Source: Minisyncoccota bacterium (GTDB lineage: Bacteria; Patescibacteriota; Minisyncoccia; Phycocordibacterales; SBAW01). Taken from it: a stretch of DNA of 64,000 nt. Of the stretch, positions 8,400 through 17,626 are shown piece by piece. How positions within the stretch are numbered: the stretch's first letter is position 1; each line of letters begins with the position of its first letter. The stretch is taken from positions 182,177-246,176 of the forward strand of contig DASZSF010000005.1 in assembly GCA_035548815.1 (NCBI GenBank), in the 5' to 3' direction. A program made the translations under genes and the position numbers. The notes under the pieces are model-generated. The model was not told where the DNA came from. It did not search any database and saw only the letters and a list, made by a program, of their open reading frames with translations.

Positions 8400-10517
8400 C
8401 TAATTTCTAGCGTTGACCGGCCAAGTTTCTATCAGTAGCAACGTAGATTTATTTGGAAGTGAGCCCCAGATCTCTTCGGTCAAGAATGGCATGAACGGAT
8501 GCAAAAGCTTGAGCGAGTTTTCAAGCAAGTAGTAGAGCGTCGCGCCATATTCGGGCTTTCCTTTGCTTTCCTCCAAAATTTCTGCCGCAAAGCGGTCCCA
8601 CACGTAGTGATAGAGCTTATCTGCCGCCATGTAGATGCGATATTCTTCGATATCTTTTGTGACGTCAGCCGCGATTGCGTCGAACTCGTCTTTTAATTCA
8701 GATTTTATCTCGCCATCATGTTCTTGCGAGAGCACGAAACGCGCGATGTTCCAAATCTTATTGGCGAATTTTTTATACGCGCCAATTTTGCGCGGGTCGA
8801 GGTTTAAGTCGGTGCCTGGCGTATTGCCAACGATGAGTCCCATGCGCAGTGCGTCAGTGCCATATTCGTTCGAAATCTCAAGAGGTGAGATGACATTGCC
8901 CTTGCTCTTGCTCATCTTTTGCCCTTTTGCGTCGCGTACAAGCCCGTGCAGATAGATATCGCGGAATGGAACTTTGCCTGTGCGGTAGAGTCCGAGCATC
9001 AACATGCGCGCCACCCAGAAGAATAGGATGTCCGCGCCCGTTTCCATGACCGACGTCGGATAGAACGTTTTGAAATCATTGGAGTCTGGGTAGCCAAGCG
9101 TTGCAAATGGCCACTGGCCCGAGCTAAACCAGGTGTCGAAGGTGTCCGGGTCGCGTGTCCAACCGTCGCCCGGATCTTCAACCTGGATTTTCCACTCTTC
9201 GCTTTGCTTGCCGTGAGCGTCAGTCGAACGGCTCCATGCAGGAATTGGGATGCCCCAGACAATTTGGCGCGATATGTTCCAATCCTGAATATTTTCGAGC
9301 CAATGGAGCAATATTTTTTCGTGATTTTCGGTCAACACGCGGACGTCGCCATTCTTTACTGCCTCAATTGCTTTCTGTGCAAGCGGCTGCATCGAAATAA
9401 ACCACTGCGGCCGCACTTGCGGTTCTATTTCGCGGCCGCACTTGTAACAGACCGGGACTTCGTGGCTGTAGGTCTCGTCTATCTTTTCAACCAGACCCTT
9501 CGATTGGAGTTTTTCAACTATTTTTGCGCGGGCGTCTTTGATGTTCATGCCTTCAAACTCGCCAGCAATAGGAAGGAGCTTGCCGCGCCAATCAATCACT
9601 TGCTCGTAGGGCAAGTTGTGGCGCTTTGCGATGTCGAAGTCTATAGGGTCGTGCCACGGCGTAATCGTCATGACACCAGTACCCAACTCCATGTCGATAC
9701 TTTCGTCTTTGATGACAGTTGCAGTGATAGGGCCATTGATCCATTCAAGTTCAAATTGCTGGCCTTGGCTGTACTGCGCATAGCGTTTGTCGTCCGGATG
9801 CATGACAACGTACTTGTCGCCGAATTTTGTTTCAGGGCGGGCAGTTGCGATGGTGAACGGACCGTATTTTAAATAGTAGAATTTGTCGGTGCGGGTCTCG
9901 CGTTCAGTTTCCAAGTTGGAAAGCGACGTCTGATGTTTCGGACACCAGTTAACAATGCGCGGTGCTCGGTAGAGGAGTCCATCGTCGTTCAGTTTTTTGA
10001 ACGTGTCGTAGACGGTGTCGATAACGCGTTCATCAAGCGTAAAGACTTCGCGCGACCAGTCGCATGATGCGCCGAGCTGGCGGATTTGCCCTTCCATGAA
10101 TGATTTGTTCGAAAGGGTGAAGTCCATGATCTCTTTGTAGAGATCATCTGCCTGCATTTCAAAACGCGAACGCCCTTCTTTTTCGAGCTTCTTTTCGTAC
10201 ACCACCTGGGTTTCAAAACCTGCATGGTCGGCACCAGGCACCCACAATGTCTTCTTTCCGCGCATGCGTTCAAAACGCATCAGGATGTCTTGGACTGTCA
10301 CAAAGAGTGCGTGGCCTGCGTGGAGAGAGCCGTTCGCATTGGGCGGCGGCATGATGATGGTGAAAGGTTCCATCTCGACCTGCTTGCCCTGAGCGTCTAG
10401 TCGAAGGGGCAAATTGTCCGGGTTGAAAAAACCGCTTTCCTCCCACTTTTTGTAAATCTCGCCCTCAACGTTTTGGGGCTGGTAGGGGGTATTAAATTTG
10501 TCGGGCGCTTCGGACAT
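8400..10517 (-). CDS. valS: Valine--tRNA ligase (short form)
   Basis: PPPNANGSLHAGHA, DWNISRQIVWG, DTWFSS, KMSKSKGN. Confidence 0.97.
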   Translation of the reverse strand: MSEAPDKFNTPYQPQNVEGEIYKKWEESGFFNPDNLPLRLDAQGKQVEMEPFTIIMPPPNANGSLHAGHALFVTVQDILMRFERMRGKKTLWVPGADHAGFETQVVYEKKLEKEGRSRFEMQADDLYKEIMDFTLSNKSFMEGQIRQLGASCDWSREVFTLDERVIDTVYDTFKKLNDDGLLYRAPRIVNWCPKHQTSLSNLETERETRTDKFYYLKYGPFTIATARPETKFGDKYVVMHPDDKRYAQYSQGQQFELEWINGPITATVIKDESIDMELGTGVMTITPWHDPIDFDIAKRHNLPYEQVIDWRGKLLPIAGEFEGMNIKDARAKIVEKLQSKGLVEKIDETYSHEVPVCYKCGREIEPQVRPQWFISMQPLAQKAIEAVKNGDVRVLTENHEKILLHWLENIQDWNISRQIVWGIPIPAWSRSTDAHGKQSEEWKIQVEDPGDGWTRDPDTFDTWFSSGQWPFATLGYPDSNDFKTFYPTSVMETGADILFFWVARMLMLGLYRTGKVPFRDIYLHGLVRDAKGQKMSKSKGNVISPLEISNEYGTDALRMGLIVGNTPGTDLNLDPRKIGAYKKFANKIWNIARFVLSQEHDGEIKSELKDEFDAIAADVTKDIEEYRIYMAADKLYHYVWDRFAAEILEESKGKPEYGATLYYLLENSLKLLHPFMPFLTEEIWGSLPNKSTLLLIETWPVNARN
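9207..9231. repeat. Short REP-like repeat (CTTG-N4-GAGC-x-AGTCGA-N4'), inside valS
   Basis: cttg ccgt gagc gtc agtcga acgg. Confidence 0.7.
10383..10408. repeat. Short REP-like repeat, inside valS
   Basis: cttg ccct gagc gtct agtcga aggg. Confidence 0.75.
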
Positions 10518-10531
10518 TCCCAAAATATATC

Positions 10532-11605
10532 TTATTTCGGGGCCAAAATCGAGAAGCGGTTGGAGTAGGCGCGAAGGGGCTCCTTAGCAACGTCGTCTAT
10601 GCCAGAAAGCGCCCGGGCAAGTGCCGCCTCGGCTATCATGACCGCGTTGTCGCCAGTAATTGCGAGGTTGGGGAGCCGGACTTCTACATTTGGGAATTCG
10701 TCTTCCAAAAACATCACCAGCCGTTCGCGTAGATATGTATTTGCAGCAACGCCGCCGCCGATCACGAATGTTTTTGCATCAGTTTCTTCAAGTGCGCGGC
10801 GTGTCTTTGCAACGAAGATGTCACCAACGGCAGTTTCAAACTCCAATGCAAATACCATCTTTTGCTCATGACTCAAATTTTGAACTCCGCCCATGTCGCG
10901 AAGTTTGTACAAAACTGCGGTTTTTAAACCAGAGAAAGAGACATTCAAATCTTTGTTATGCAACATGGGTCGCGGCAATTCCAAGTCAGAAGTCATATTT
11001 TCAACACGAGCTTGTTCAGCGAGCTTTGAAATCTGCGGGCCGCCGGGGTATGGGAGGCCGAGCATGCGTGCGACTTTGTCGAACGCTTCGCCAACAGCAT
11101 CGTCTTGCGTCTCGCCAATAACTTCGTAGTTGAACCATTCGCGCATTAATACGTATTCTGTGTGACCTCCTGAAATTAAAAGCCCCAAAACAGGGAGTTG
11201 AACATTTTCAAGCAAACCGTCTTGCACAAGTGATGAAATCAAGTGCCCTTCCATGTGATTAGCCGCAATAAGAGGCAAGTTTTTTTCTTTCGCTAAATTT
11301 TCTGCAAATGTAATGCCAGCCCAGAGCGCAGGTTCGAGCCCAGGCCCTTGTGTGACAGCGATAGCGTCTATGGGTTCGTCGCCAACATTTTTTAGAGCCT
11401 GTTCTAAAATGATAGGTAAATTCTTTTCATGTTCGCGCTTGGCTAGGTTAGGGTAGACGCCGCCAAATTCTGCATGCAATTTCGCCTGCGAGTTAAGGGC
11501 AAAGGCGCCGAGCTCTGCGAATGCAAAACCGTTCTCCGTTTTCGTTCCAGAAACAAGAGCTACGCCTGTCTCATCGCAGGATGTTTCAATAGCCAAAATA
11601 TTCAT
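10532..11605 (-). CDS. tsaD: tRNA N6-adenosine threonylcarbamoyltransferase TsaD
   Basis: ILAIETSCDET, NHMEGH, SGGHT, GEAFDKVAR, DNAVMIA. Confidence 0.97.
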   Translation of the reverse strand: MNILAIETSCDETGVALVSGTKTENGFAFAELGAFALNSQAKLHAEFGGVYPNLAKREHEKNLPIILEQALKNVGDEPIDAIAVTQGPGLEPALWAGITFAENLAKEKNLPLIAANHMEGHLISSLVQDGLLENVQLPVLGLLISGGHTEYVLMREWFNYEVIGETQDDAVGEAFDKVARMLGLPYPGGPQISKLAEQARVENMTSDLELPRPMLHNKDLNVSFSGLKTAVLYKLRDMGGVQNLSHEQKMVFALEFETAVGDIFVAKTRRALEETDAKTFVIGGGVAANTYLRERLVMFLEDEFPNVEVRLPNLAITGDNAVMIAEAALARALSGIDDVAKEPLRAYSNRFSILAPK

Positions 11606-11609
11606 CGAG

Positions 11610-11682
11610 TGCGCGATACAGGACTCGAACCTGTGACCCTCCCCACGTCAAGGGGATGCTCTACCAACTGAGCTAACCGCGC
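11610..11682 (-). tRNA. tRNA-Val(GAC)
   Basis: tcccc-ttGACgt-gggga anticodon arm on minus strand. Confidence 0.94.
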
Positions 11683-11724
11683 GTAGAACCCCAAAATACA
11701 ATATTTTGGGGCCGCATTCAACTC

Positions 11725-12147
11725 CTATTGATTCATTCCGCCCGGCTGCAAAACCCCGAAGATATTCTCTTCCGGGTCGCGATAGTAGGCGAGCATGCCT
11801 ACATGTGGCACTTCCATTTTTGCAAACGCTTCAGTGGCACCAGCGGCCTTCAACTTTTCTATCGTTGCGTCGATATTTTCAACACCAATGATGCATACGA
11901 ACGCATTTACTGCGTCGGTCGGCTTCGGGAGGTCACCCACACGCGGGGTCATACCGCCGTTAATGCCGACGTCTTCCATTTTTACACCCTTCGCCATGTC
12001 ATCAGGCCCAGGGCCTGTTGCTATCATCCGGTAGCCGCCATAATCTGCGCCCGCATCTGTAATGTTCCACCCAAACACATCCTGATAAAATTTCAGCATC
12101 TTTTCCATGTCTTTGGCATGGACCTCGAAGTGTACGACTCTGTTCAT
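11725..12147 (-). CDS. VOC/glyoxalase family protein
   Basis: VVHFEV..FYQDVFGW..GINGG..DPEENIFGVLQ. Confidence 0.9.
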   Translation of the reverse strand: MNRVVHFEVHAKDMEKMLKFYQDVFGWNITDAGADYGGYRMIATGPGPDDMAKGVKMEDVGINGGMTPRVGDLPKPTDAVNAFVCIIGVENIDATIEKLKAAGATEAFAKMEVPHVGMLAYYRDPEENIFGVLQPGGMNQ

Positions 12148-12281
12148 GGCACCAGTATAGCAAAACCATATTGAAGAGTTCATGATGGGTACAGAAGCTA
12201 TTTCGTATAGTGTTCATGCAGTGCGGAAAAGAGAGAGGCACTGCGGTCGACATTACGAGAGATTAAATTCGAGGAAACTCT

Positions 12282-12479
12282 ATGTGACAGCAATGGGTAA
12301 CCGCCGTCCTGGGGCTTGTAGCCGTGATAGTCCCGTTTTTGGCGCTATCAACGGCAGCGCTCGCATGGACGCTCGTGATTGGCGGCATCGCCATCGCGGT
12401 GCTGTCAGTGTGGACCGCTATACGAGAGCAGTCGCCAGAGTATCACCAAGAAAGCTTGCGGGAAATAAGGCAAAGCTAA
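12282..12479 (+). pseudogene. Small 2-TM (SPW-repeat-like) membrane protein gene with TGA at codon 2
   Basis: GAGG SD then ATG TGA CAG CAA TGG...; reads M*QQWVTAVLGLVAVIVPFLALSTAALAWTLVIGGIAIAVLSVWTAIRE...; missing from ORF track. Confidence 0.6.
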
Positions 12480-12509
12480 TAGTTAATGTATAGGCGACTT
12501 AAGCTTTTC

Positions 12510-12607
12510 AAATTCGAGTCCGAAAACAAAAACCGGCTCCATCTGCGGAGTCGGTTTTTGTATGGGTGGCGGCACCTTGGCATAATGCGCCAAGTGCACT
12601 TGGATTT
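12510..12607. repeat. Branched palindromic element downstream of tRNA-Ser
   Basis: Outer aaattcgagt/acttggattt; hairpin acaaaaaccggctcc..ggagtcggtttttgt; second hairpin cttggc..gccaag. Confidence 0.6.
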
Positions 12608-12639
12608 TTATAATCGCTAACGCTCTTTAAAAATCTCGG

Positions 12640-12726
12640 CGGAGAGGGAGAGATTCGAACTCTCGATGCAGTTTCCCACATGCCTGATTTCGAGTCAGGT
12701 GCCTTCGACCACTCAGCCACCTCTCC
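12640..12726 (-). tRNA. tRNA-Ser(CGA)
   Basis: cctga-ctCGAaa-tcagg, long variable arm. Confidence 0.95.
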
Positions 12727-12790
12727 GTGTTGCACTACAGTACCAATATTTTGCAATTTCGGCAAAAAACCTATACTATGCAGAGCACTT

Positions 12791-12862
12791 GGCCCTATCG
12801 TCTAACGGTTAGGACGCCGGCTTTTCAAGCCGTTAATCGGGGTTCGATTCCCCGTAGGGTCA
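12791..12862 (+). tRNA. tRNA-Glu(TTC)
   Basis: ggccctatcgtctaacggttaggac...ttTTCaa...ggttcgattcc. Confidence 0.94.
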
Positions 12863-12935
12863 CAAATTTTTGAGCTTATTTTGTAACGCCGTTTGGAGAC
12901 CCCAAAAGGGAGTTTTTTGCTATTTGGAACCACTA

Positions 12936-12964
12936 TTGACAATAATATATATTTATGATAAGAT
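12936..12964 (+). promoter_or_regulatory. Sigma70-type promoter TTGACA-N17-TAAGAT
   Basis: Exact -35, 17-nt spacer, AGGAGG at 12980-12985 before ATG 12991. Confidence 0.7.
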
Positions 12965-12990
12965 GAAAACCGGCAAATTAGGAGGTCGCC

Positions 12991-13350
12991 ATGCAAATCA
13001 CATCCCAGAAGGTCGGAGAGGGTCTCAAACACCAGCTCCAGATCAGTGTCGTCTTGGGTCTCCCTGTGGAGCTCAAGGTGGTCTGTCGTTCGGCTAGCCG
13101 CAACGACACCAGCTACGAGATTTTCGACCAGCACGGCGCGTCGATGGGCAAGCGCAGCTTCACCTATGCGATGCTCAACAAGACCATGAACGGTCCGCTG
13201 GTCGACGACCTCAATGTTCTTTTGGACGAGTTCGGTATCACAATCGAGCCGTCCAAGTTCGACGAGGTGTCCGACCAGGCGATCGGTACCTGCGAGGCCC
13301 GCTACGGCTATGGCCGCGACGATGGTGACGTGGTCATCACGCTCACCTAA
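12991..13350 (+). CDS. Hypothetical protein (orphan cassette)
   Basis: Strong SD, GC3-rich codons, own promoter and terminator. Confidence 0.75.
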   Translation: MQITSQKVGEGLKHQLQISVVLGLPVELKVVCRSASRNDTSYEIFDQHGASMGKRSFTYAMLNKTMNGPLVDDLNVLLDEFGITIEPSKFDEVSDQAIGTCEARYGYGRDDGDVVITLT

Positions 13351-13372
13351 GGCTCCGATACGCCTCAACGGG

Positions 13373-13397
13373 AACCCCAGACTTCGGTCTGGGGTTT
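13373..13397 (+). terminator. Intrinsic terminator
   Basis: aaccccagac-ttcg-gtctggggttt. Confidence 0.75.
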
Positions 13398-13493
13398 ACT
13401 GCTTTTCAAGCTCCAAATTTCTTCCAAATTGCTGCCACTAATATAATTCCAAAACCAACTGGTTCCAATTAGTACGCACTTGGTTCACAAAAA

Positions 13494-14417
13494 TTAGTGG
13501 GCTTTGACCCAGTAGTAGATATCCTCGAGCGCTTTTACAGCATCGCCCGCAGCGATGTTGTTTTGATGATAGAGGCCATCTGAACAATCTCCGGCAGACC
13601 AGATGCCTTCGACGCTTGCGCGCTGGCTTTTGCCGTCTACTTTAACGCGGCCCCATTCGTCTAGTGCAACTAAATCTTTTACAAATGCCGTTGCTGCTAT
13701 CATGCCGATTTCAACGAAGATGCCTGCGACGGGGAGCTCCGTCGTCTCGCTGGTCTTGGTATTTTTGACCGTCACGCTCTTAACAAATTGTTCGCCTTTA
13801 ACTTCTGTAGGAACGGTGTCACACATTGCTTTAAAATTTGCATGAGCTTGCACGGCTTCAACGGTTGCGGCGTCGGCTTTTGAAAAGTCGCTGCTGCGGT
13901 TTAAGAGCGTGACAGATTTGCAGTAGGCCAAGAGCTGCGCAGCGCTTTCAAACCCGGCATTGCCTGCGCCAACCACCACCACATCTTGCCCGGCAAAGAG
14001 CGGGCCGTCGCACGACGCGCAATAGGTGAGGCCTTTGTTTTCAAATTGTGCGGCACCCGGCACATCGAGCTTGCGGCGCGAACCGCCAGTTGCAACAAGA
14101 ACAGCCTTTGCGGTGTGTGTATCGCTTCCAACCTGTACAGAAAAACCACCGTCGATTTTTTGAACATTCTCTGCGCGCATGCCGAGCTTCAATGTAACGA
14201 CATCTGCCGCATAGGCTTTCAAATGTCCTTCAAGAGCCTTTGCCAAATCCATGCCGGAAATCTTCTCCGTGCCTATCCAGTTCTGGATTTCAACCGAGTC
14301 GGTGCTTTGGCCGCCTATTGCTTCTGCTATGAAAAGAGTTTTGAGGCGCTTGCGTGCAGCGTACACCCCTGCAGCAACGCCTGCAGGCCCGCCACCGATG
14401 ATTATGAGATCGTGCAT
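13494..14417 (-). CDS. trxB: Thioredoxin-disulfide reductase (TrxB/AhpF-like)
   Basis: IIGGGPAG, YCASCDG, VVGAGNAG, SAGD. Confidence 0.88.
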   Translation of the reverse strand: MHDLIIIGGGPAGVAAGVYAARKRLKTLFIAEAIGGQSTDSVEIQNWIGTEKISGMDLAKALEGHLKAYAADVVTLKLGMRAENVQKIDGGFSVQVGSDTHTAKAVLVATGGSRRKLDVPGAAQFENKGLTYCASCDGPLFAGQDVVVVGAGNAGFESAAQLLAYCKSVTLLNRSSDFSKADAATVEAVQAHANFKAMCDTVPTEVKGEQFVKSVTVKNTKTSETTELPVAGIFVEIGMIAATAFVKDLVALDEWGRVKVDGKSQRASVEGIWSAGDCSDGLYHQNNIAAGDAVKALEDIYYWVKAH

Positions 14418-14435
14418 AAGTTGAGACAGTGTATC

Positions 14436-14508
14436 ACAAAAAGATCCACAAAAGTGTGCGCTCCGGGGCGCTAGCCCAAGTCTTACCCACTTTTGCAGAC
14501 CTTTTTGT
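14436..14508. repeat. Long imperfect palindrome between ftsZ and trxB
   Basis: acaaaaagatccacaaaagtg ... cacttttgcagacctttttgt. Confidence 0.6.
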
Positions 14509-14516
14509 TTCTAATT

Positions 14517-15731
14517 TTATTTAATTTTTGGACGGCGGAGGAAGGAAGGCACTGCACCCCATTCGTCCTCCTCGTCTTCATCTTTTTTGAGTTTCGCCTC
14601 TGGTTCCGCAGCAGGAGCTTTTCGGGGCTCCTCTTTTTCTTCTTTTACAACAACAGGCTCTTCCTTTTTAGAAGGAGTAGGAGCATTGAATATTTTGCCG
14701 ATAGGCGGAACGTCTGCCTCTTTGGTATCGCGGCTCGGGAAGGTAAAGAGCTGTGCGCCGCGCGGCATAACGCCGGTTGCGGGGAAGCCCGTTGCGATGA
14801 CCGTGACGCGGACTTCGCCCTTCTTGAGTTTGTCGTCCTTGATTGCACCGAAGATGATCTTTGCGTTCGGGTCGACTGATTCGGTGATGATCTTTGCAGC
14901 TTCGTGTACTTCAATCATGCCCAGGTCGTCCTGGCCAGCGATAGCAAAGAGTACGCCCTTTGCGCCGTTGATAGAAAGTTCAAGCAATGGCGAGGAAACT
15001 GCAGCGCGTGCTGCTGAACCTGCACGGCCTTCGCCTGATGCGATGCCGATGCCCATGAGTGCCGAGCCTGCGTTGTCCATGACGGCGCGGATGTCGGCAA
15101 AGTCGACGTTGATGATGCCTGGGTGGGTGATGAGGTCGGAAATTCCTTCAACCGCTTGTTTCAAAATGTCATCGCAGATAGCGAATGCCTGCTTGAGTGT
15201 TGTTTCTTTTGCGACGGTTGCCAAGATGCGGTCGTTCGGAATGACGATAAGCGCATCAACTTCTTTGCGGAGGTCTTCCAAACCCTGTTCAGCCAAACGC
15301 ATGCGCTGCTGGCCTTCGAATGAAAATGGTTTGGTGACAACTGCGACGGTGAGTGCGCCGAGTTCTTTTGCGGTCTTTGCAACGATAGGTGCAGCACCCG
15401 TGCCCGTGCCGCCGCCCATGCCGCATGCAACAAAGACCATGTCGCTGCCTTTTATAGACTGCTGAATTTCTTCTTTTGTTTCTTCAGCTGCGCGCTTGCC
15501 AAGTTCCGGGTTCATGCCGGCACCCAAACCTCGCGTGAGGTTCTTGCCGATATGAATCTTCTTTTTTGCGAGGGAGTGGTGGAGGTCCTGCGCATCGGTG
15601 TTTATGGCAATGAAATCGACGCCGCGCACTTTGCTCTCGAGCATGTGGTTGACTGCGTTGTTGCCTGAACCTCCAACGCCGACGACCCGGATCCGTGCGA
15701 ATGCTTCAATTTCTGGTTGTACTTGTGCCAT
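14517..15731 (-). CDS. ftsZ: Cell division protein FtsZ
   Basis: [20 protein letters not shown]-terminal VPSFLRR. Confidence 0.99.
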   Translation of the reverse strand: MAQVQPEIEAFARIRVVGVGGSGNNAVNHMLESKVRGVDFIAINTDAQDLHHSLAKKKIHIGKNLTRGLGAGMNPELGKRAAEETKEEIQQSIKGSDMVFVACGMGGGTGTGAAPIVAKTAKELGALTVAVVTKPFSFEGQQRMRLAEQGLEDLRKEVDALIVIPNDRILATVAKETTLKQAFAICDDILKQAVEGISDLITHPGIINVDFADIRAVMDNAGSALMGIGIASGEGRAGSAARAAVSSPLLELSINGAKGVLFAIAGQDDLGMIEVHEAAKIITESVDPNAKIIFGAIKDDKLKKGEVRVTVIATGFPATGVMPRGAQLFTFPSRDTKEADVPPIGKIFNAPTPSKKEEPVVVKEEKEEPRKAPAAEPEAKLKKDEDEEDEWGAVPSFLRRPKIK

Positions 15732-15823
15732 ATCTCCCTGATTTCTTTAGTAATGTAATGCCGGAAAAGTATACCACTTCTAATGGCTATGCAAACTTTG
15801 ACAAACGCCCGTTGTATTGGGCG

Positions 15824-17002
15824 CTACGGAAGGAACTTCTTGAACCAGCGCCAGAAGGTTTGGGCGAGGTCGGAAAGGCCGGAGTCATCGCGGACTTCCA
15901 AGTCGCCGCCCGAGGTGAGGCCCCAAATAGTGAGGCCGTAGGCCACTGCCCACGAGCCGTCCTTCAACTGCATTTTGGTTGTCGTGCCTTCGGTCAGGCT
16001 TGCCGTGCGTGCAGGCAAGCGAAGTGCTGCTTTTGCGAGATCGGCAACGCTTTGAATGAGCGAGCCGCCGCCTGTGAGGATGATGCCAGCGGGCAAAAGT
16101 TCGTCTTTGCCAATCTTTTTCAAGTGCGCTTCAACAAGCTTGAGCATTTCTGATACTTTTTTGGCGATGATATCGTCTATTTTCTTTTTCGGGTATGGAG
16201 CGCCGAGCACTGCGCCTTGTTTCAATTGTTCGGCATCTTCAGGAGCGATGCGCAGCCCAAGCGCTAGGTCATTTGTGACGTTGGTTGCGCCTATTGGAAA
16301 TACTTTGAGCGAAATAGGCGTCGAATCTTCAAATACGATTATGGAAAGGGTTTCCGCGCCGATGTTTGCAAGTACGCAGCCAACACGCTTTTGCATTTTG
16401 GTGAGTGCCACAAAGCTTGCCGCCAATGGTGCCGCAACGATATCTTCGACCTCAATGCCAGCGTCTTCAACTGCAGAAACCAAATCGTTCACATGACGCT
16501 CAAGGCAGGTGATGAAGAGTGTTTCTGTGGCGATGCGCATGCCCTTCATCCCGACAGGGTTGCGGGCGAGCACTTTGACTCCGTCGACCGAAAAACGCAG
16601 AGGAATCGTGTGCAGTATCTTTTTATTTAAAATGACTGCCGGCGCAAGCGACCGTTCGCTCGCCGCAATGGCGCGCGGGATATCGCGTTCGGTAATTTCT
16701 GAATCTCCGCGCTCCACGACTGCCTCACCGCGGGAGAACGCTTCATCAAGCCCTGTGCCGCCAACGGCAACGAACGCTTTTTTAACTTTTACGTGTGCGG
16801 CTTTGGATGCTTGTGCGACAGCTGCGGCAATAGAGCGTGATACTTCCGCGCCCGAGAGTATATAGCCCTGCTTCATGCCACGGCTTTCTGCATAGCCGGT
16901 GCCCAAAATGCGCGGCGGTTGCCGCGGGTCGTCAGCGCTTTCGGCGATGACCACCTTTACATGGTACGTTCCAACATCAATGCCTGTTACGATTTTGCTC
17001 AT
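15824..17002 (-). CDS. ftsA: Cell division protein FtsA
   Basis: GIDVGTYHVK, NIGAET, ILTGGGS; directly upstream of ftsZ. Confidence 0.93.
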   Translation of the reverse strand: MSKIVTGIDVGTYHVKVVIAESADDPRQPPRILGTGYAESRGMKQGYILSGAEVSRSIAAAVAQASKAAHVKVKKAFVAVGGTGLDEAFSRGEAVVERGDSEITERDIPRAIAASERSLAPAVILNKKILHTIPLRFSVDGVKVLARNPVGMKGMRIATETLFITCLERHVNDLVSAVEDAGIEVEDIVAAPLAASFVALTKMQKRVGCVLANIGAETLSIIVFEDSTPISLKVFPIGATNVTNDLALGLRIAPEDAEQLKQGAVLGAPYPKKKIDDIIAKKVSEMLKLVEAHLKKIGKDELLPAGIILTGGGSLIQSVADLAKAALRLPARTASLTEGTTTKMQLKDGSWAVAYGLTIWGLTSGGDLEVRDDSGLSDLAQTFWRWFKKFLP

Positions 17003-17315
17003 GCTTCACGAGCCCAAACCTGCGTAAGGTCTTCTGCTCTTCGCGTTCCATTGTAACACCATGTTTGAGGCCCTTAAGGTGAAAAAGGCCGTGGATAAAG
17101 AGGTAGCCGATACTAAAGGGCTTGGCCGCGCTCCTGCAGATGAGTATCTCGCCTGACGTTTTTGAAAGCGGGAACGAAAGCACGTTCGACACTTTGTCGT
17201 AGCCGCGGGTTTTGATAGTGACCTCGCGCATTTCCTTGGCACTCAAAAAGGCAAGGGATAAATCGTATTCCTTGCCCAGAACGGAGTCTTTTATTTGTTT
17301 GTAGGGAATGCGCAT
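16977..17315 (-). CDS. ybeY: rRNA maturation RNase YbeY
   Basis: NVLSFP, GEILIC, HGLFHLKGLKH. Confidence 0.88.
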   Translation of the reverse strand: MRIPYKQIKDSVLGKEYDLSLAFLSAKEMREVTIKTRGYDKVSNVLSFPLSKTSGEILICRSAAKPFSIGYLFIHGLFHLKGLKHGVTMEREEQKTLRRFGLVKHEQNRNRH

Positions 17316-17326
17316 CCCGGGAGGGT

Positions 17327-17578
17327 TTAGCGGCGGCGGCCACGGACCGGCTTTTCCGGCATCTTGCCGAGCTTGATAAGCTCGCGCACTTCTTCACGGC
17401 GCTTCAAGACTTTAAGGGTTTGCTTTTTGCGGACTTCGCTCGATTTTACGCGGCTGTAGTAGCGGCGCTTGCGTGCACCCTGGATAAGGCCCGTGCCCTG
17501 TACGCGCTTGGAAAAGCGGCGAATCAAGTTCACTGGGTTTTCGTTATCGTTTTTGGTGACTTCTGCGTTAATTGCCAT
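17327..17578 (-). CDS. rpsU: 30S ribosomal protein S21
   Basis: Very basic; ENPVNLIRRFSKRVQGTG..ARKRRYY..KSSEVRKK. Confidence 0.8.
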   Translation of the reverse strand: MAINAEVTKNDNENPVNLIRRFSKRVQGTGLIQGARKRRYYSRVKSSEVRKKQTLKVLKRREEVRELIKLGKMPEKPVRGRRR

Positions 17579-17626
17579 GTCGAAATACCATACCACAGCA
17601 GGCCCTTTTTGCGCAAGGCGGCGGCT

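Noticed and set aside
8400-10517. Short ValRS, IF-2 and RelA as pseudogenes
   Set aside because: Catalytic motifs are intact; loss of accessory terminal domains fits genome streamlining.
12182-12493. 103-aa ORF from the track
   Set aside because: Arg-rich off-frame reading; the overlapping frame at 12282 has an SD and a coherent membrane protein.
14587-15465. 292-aa plus-strand ORF
   Set aside because: Antisense shadow of ftsZ.
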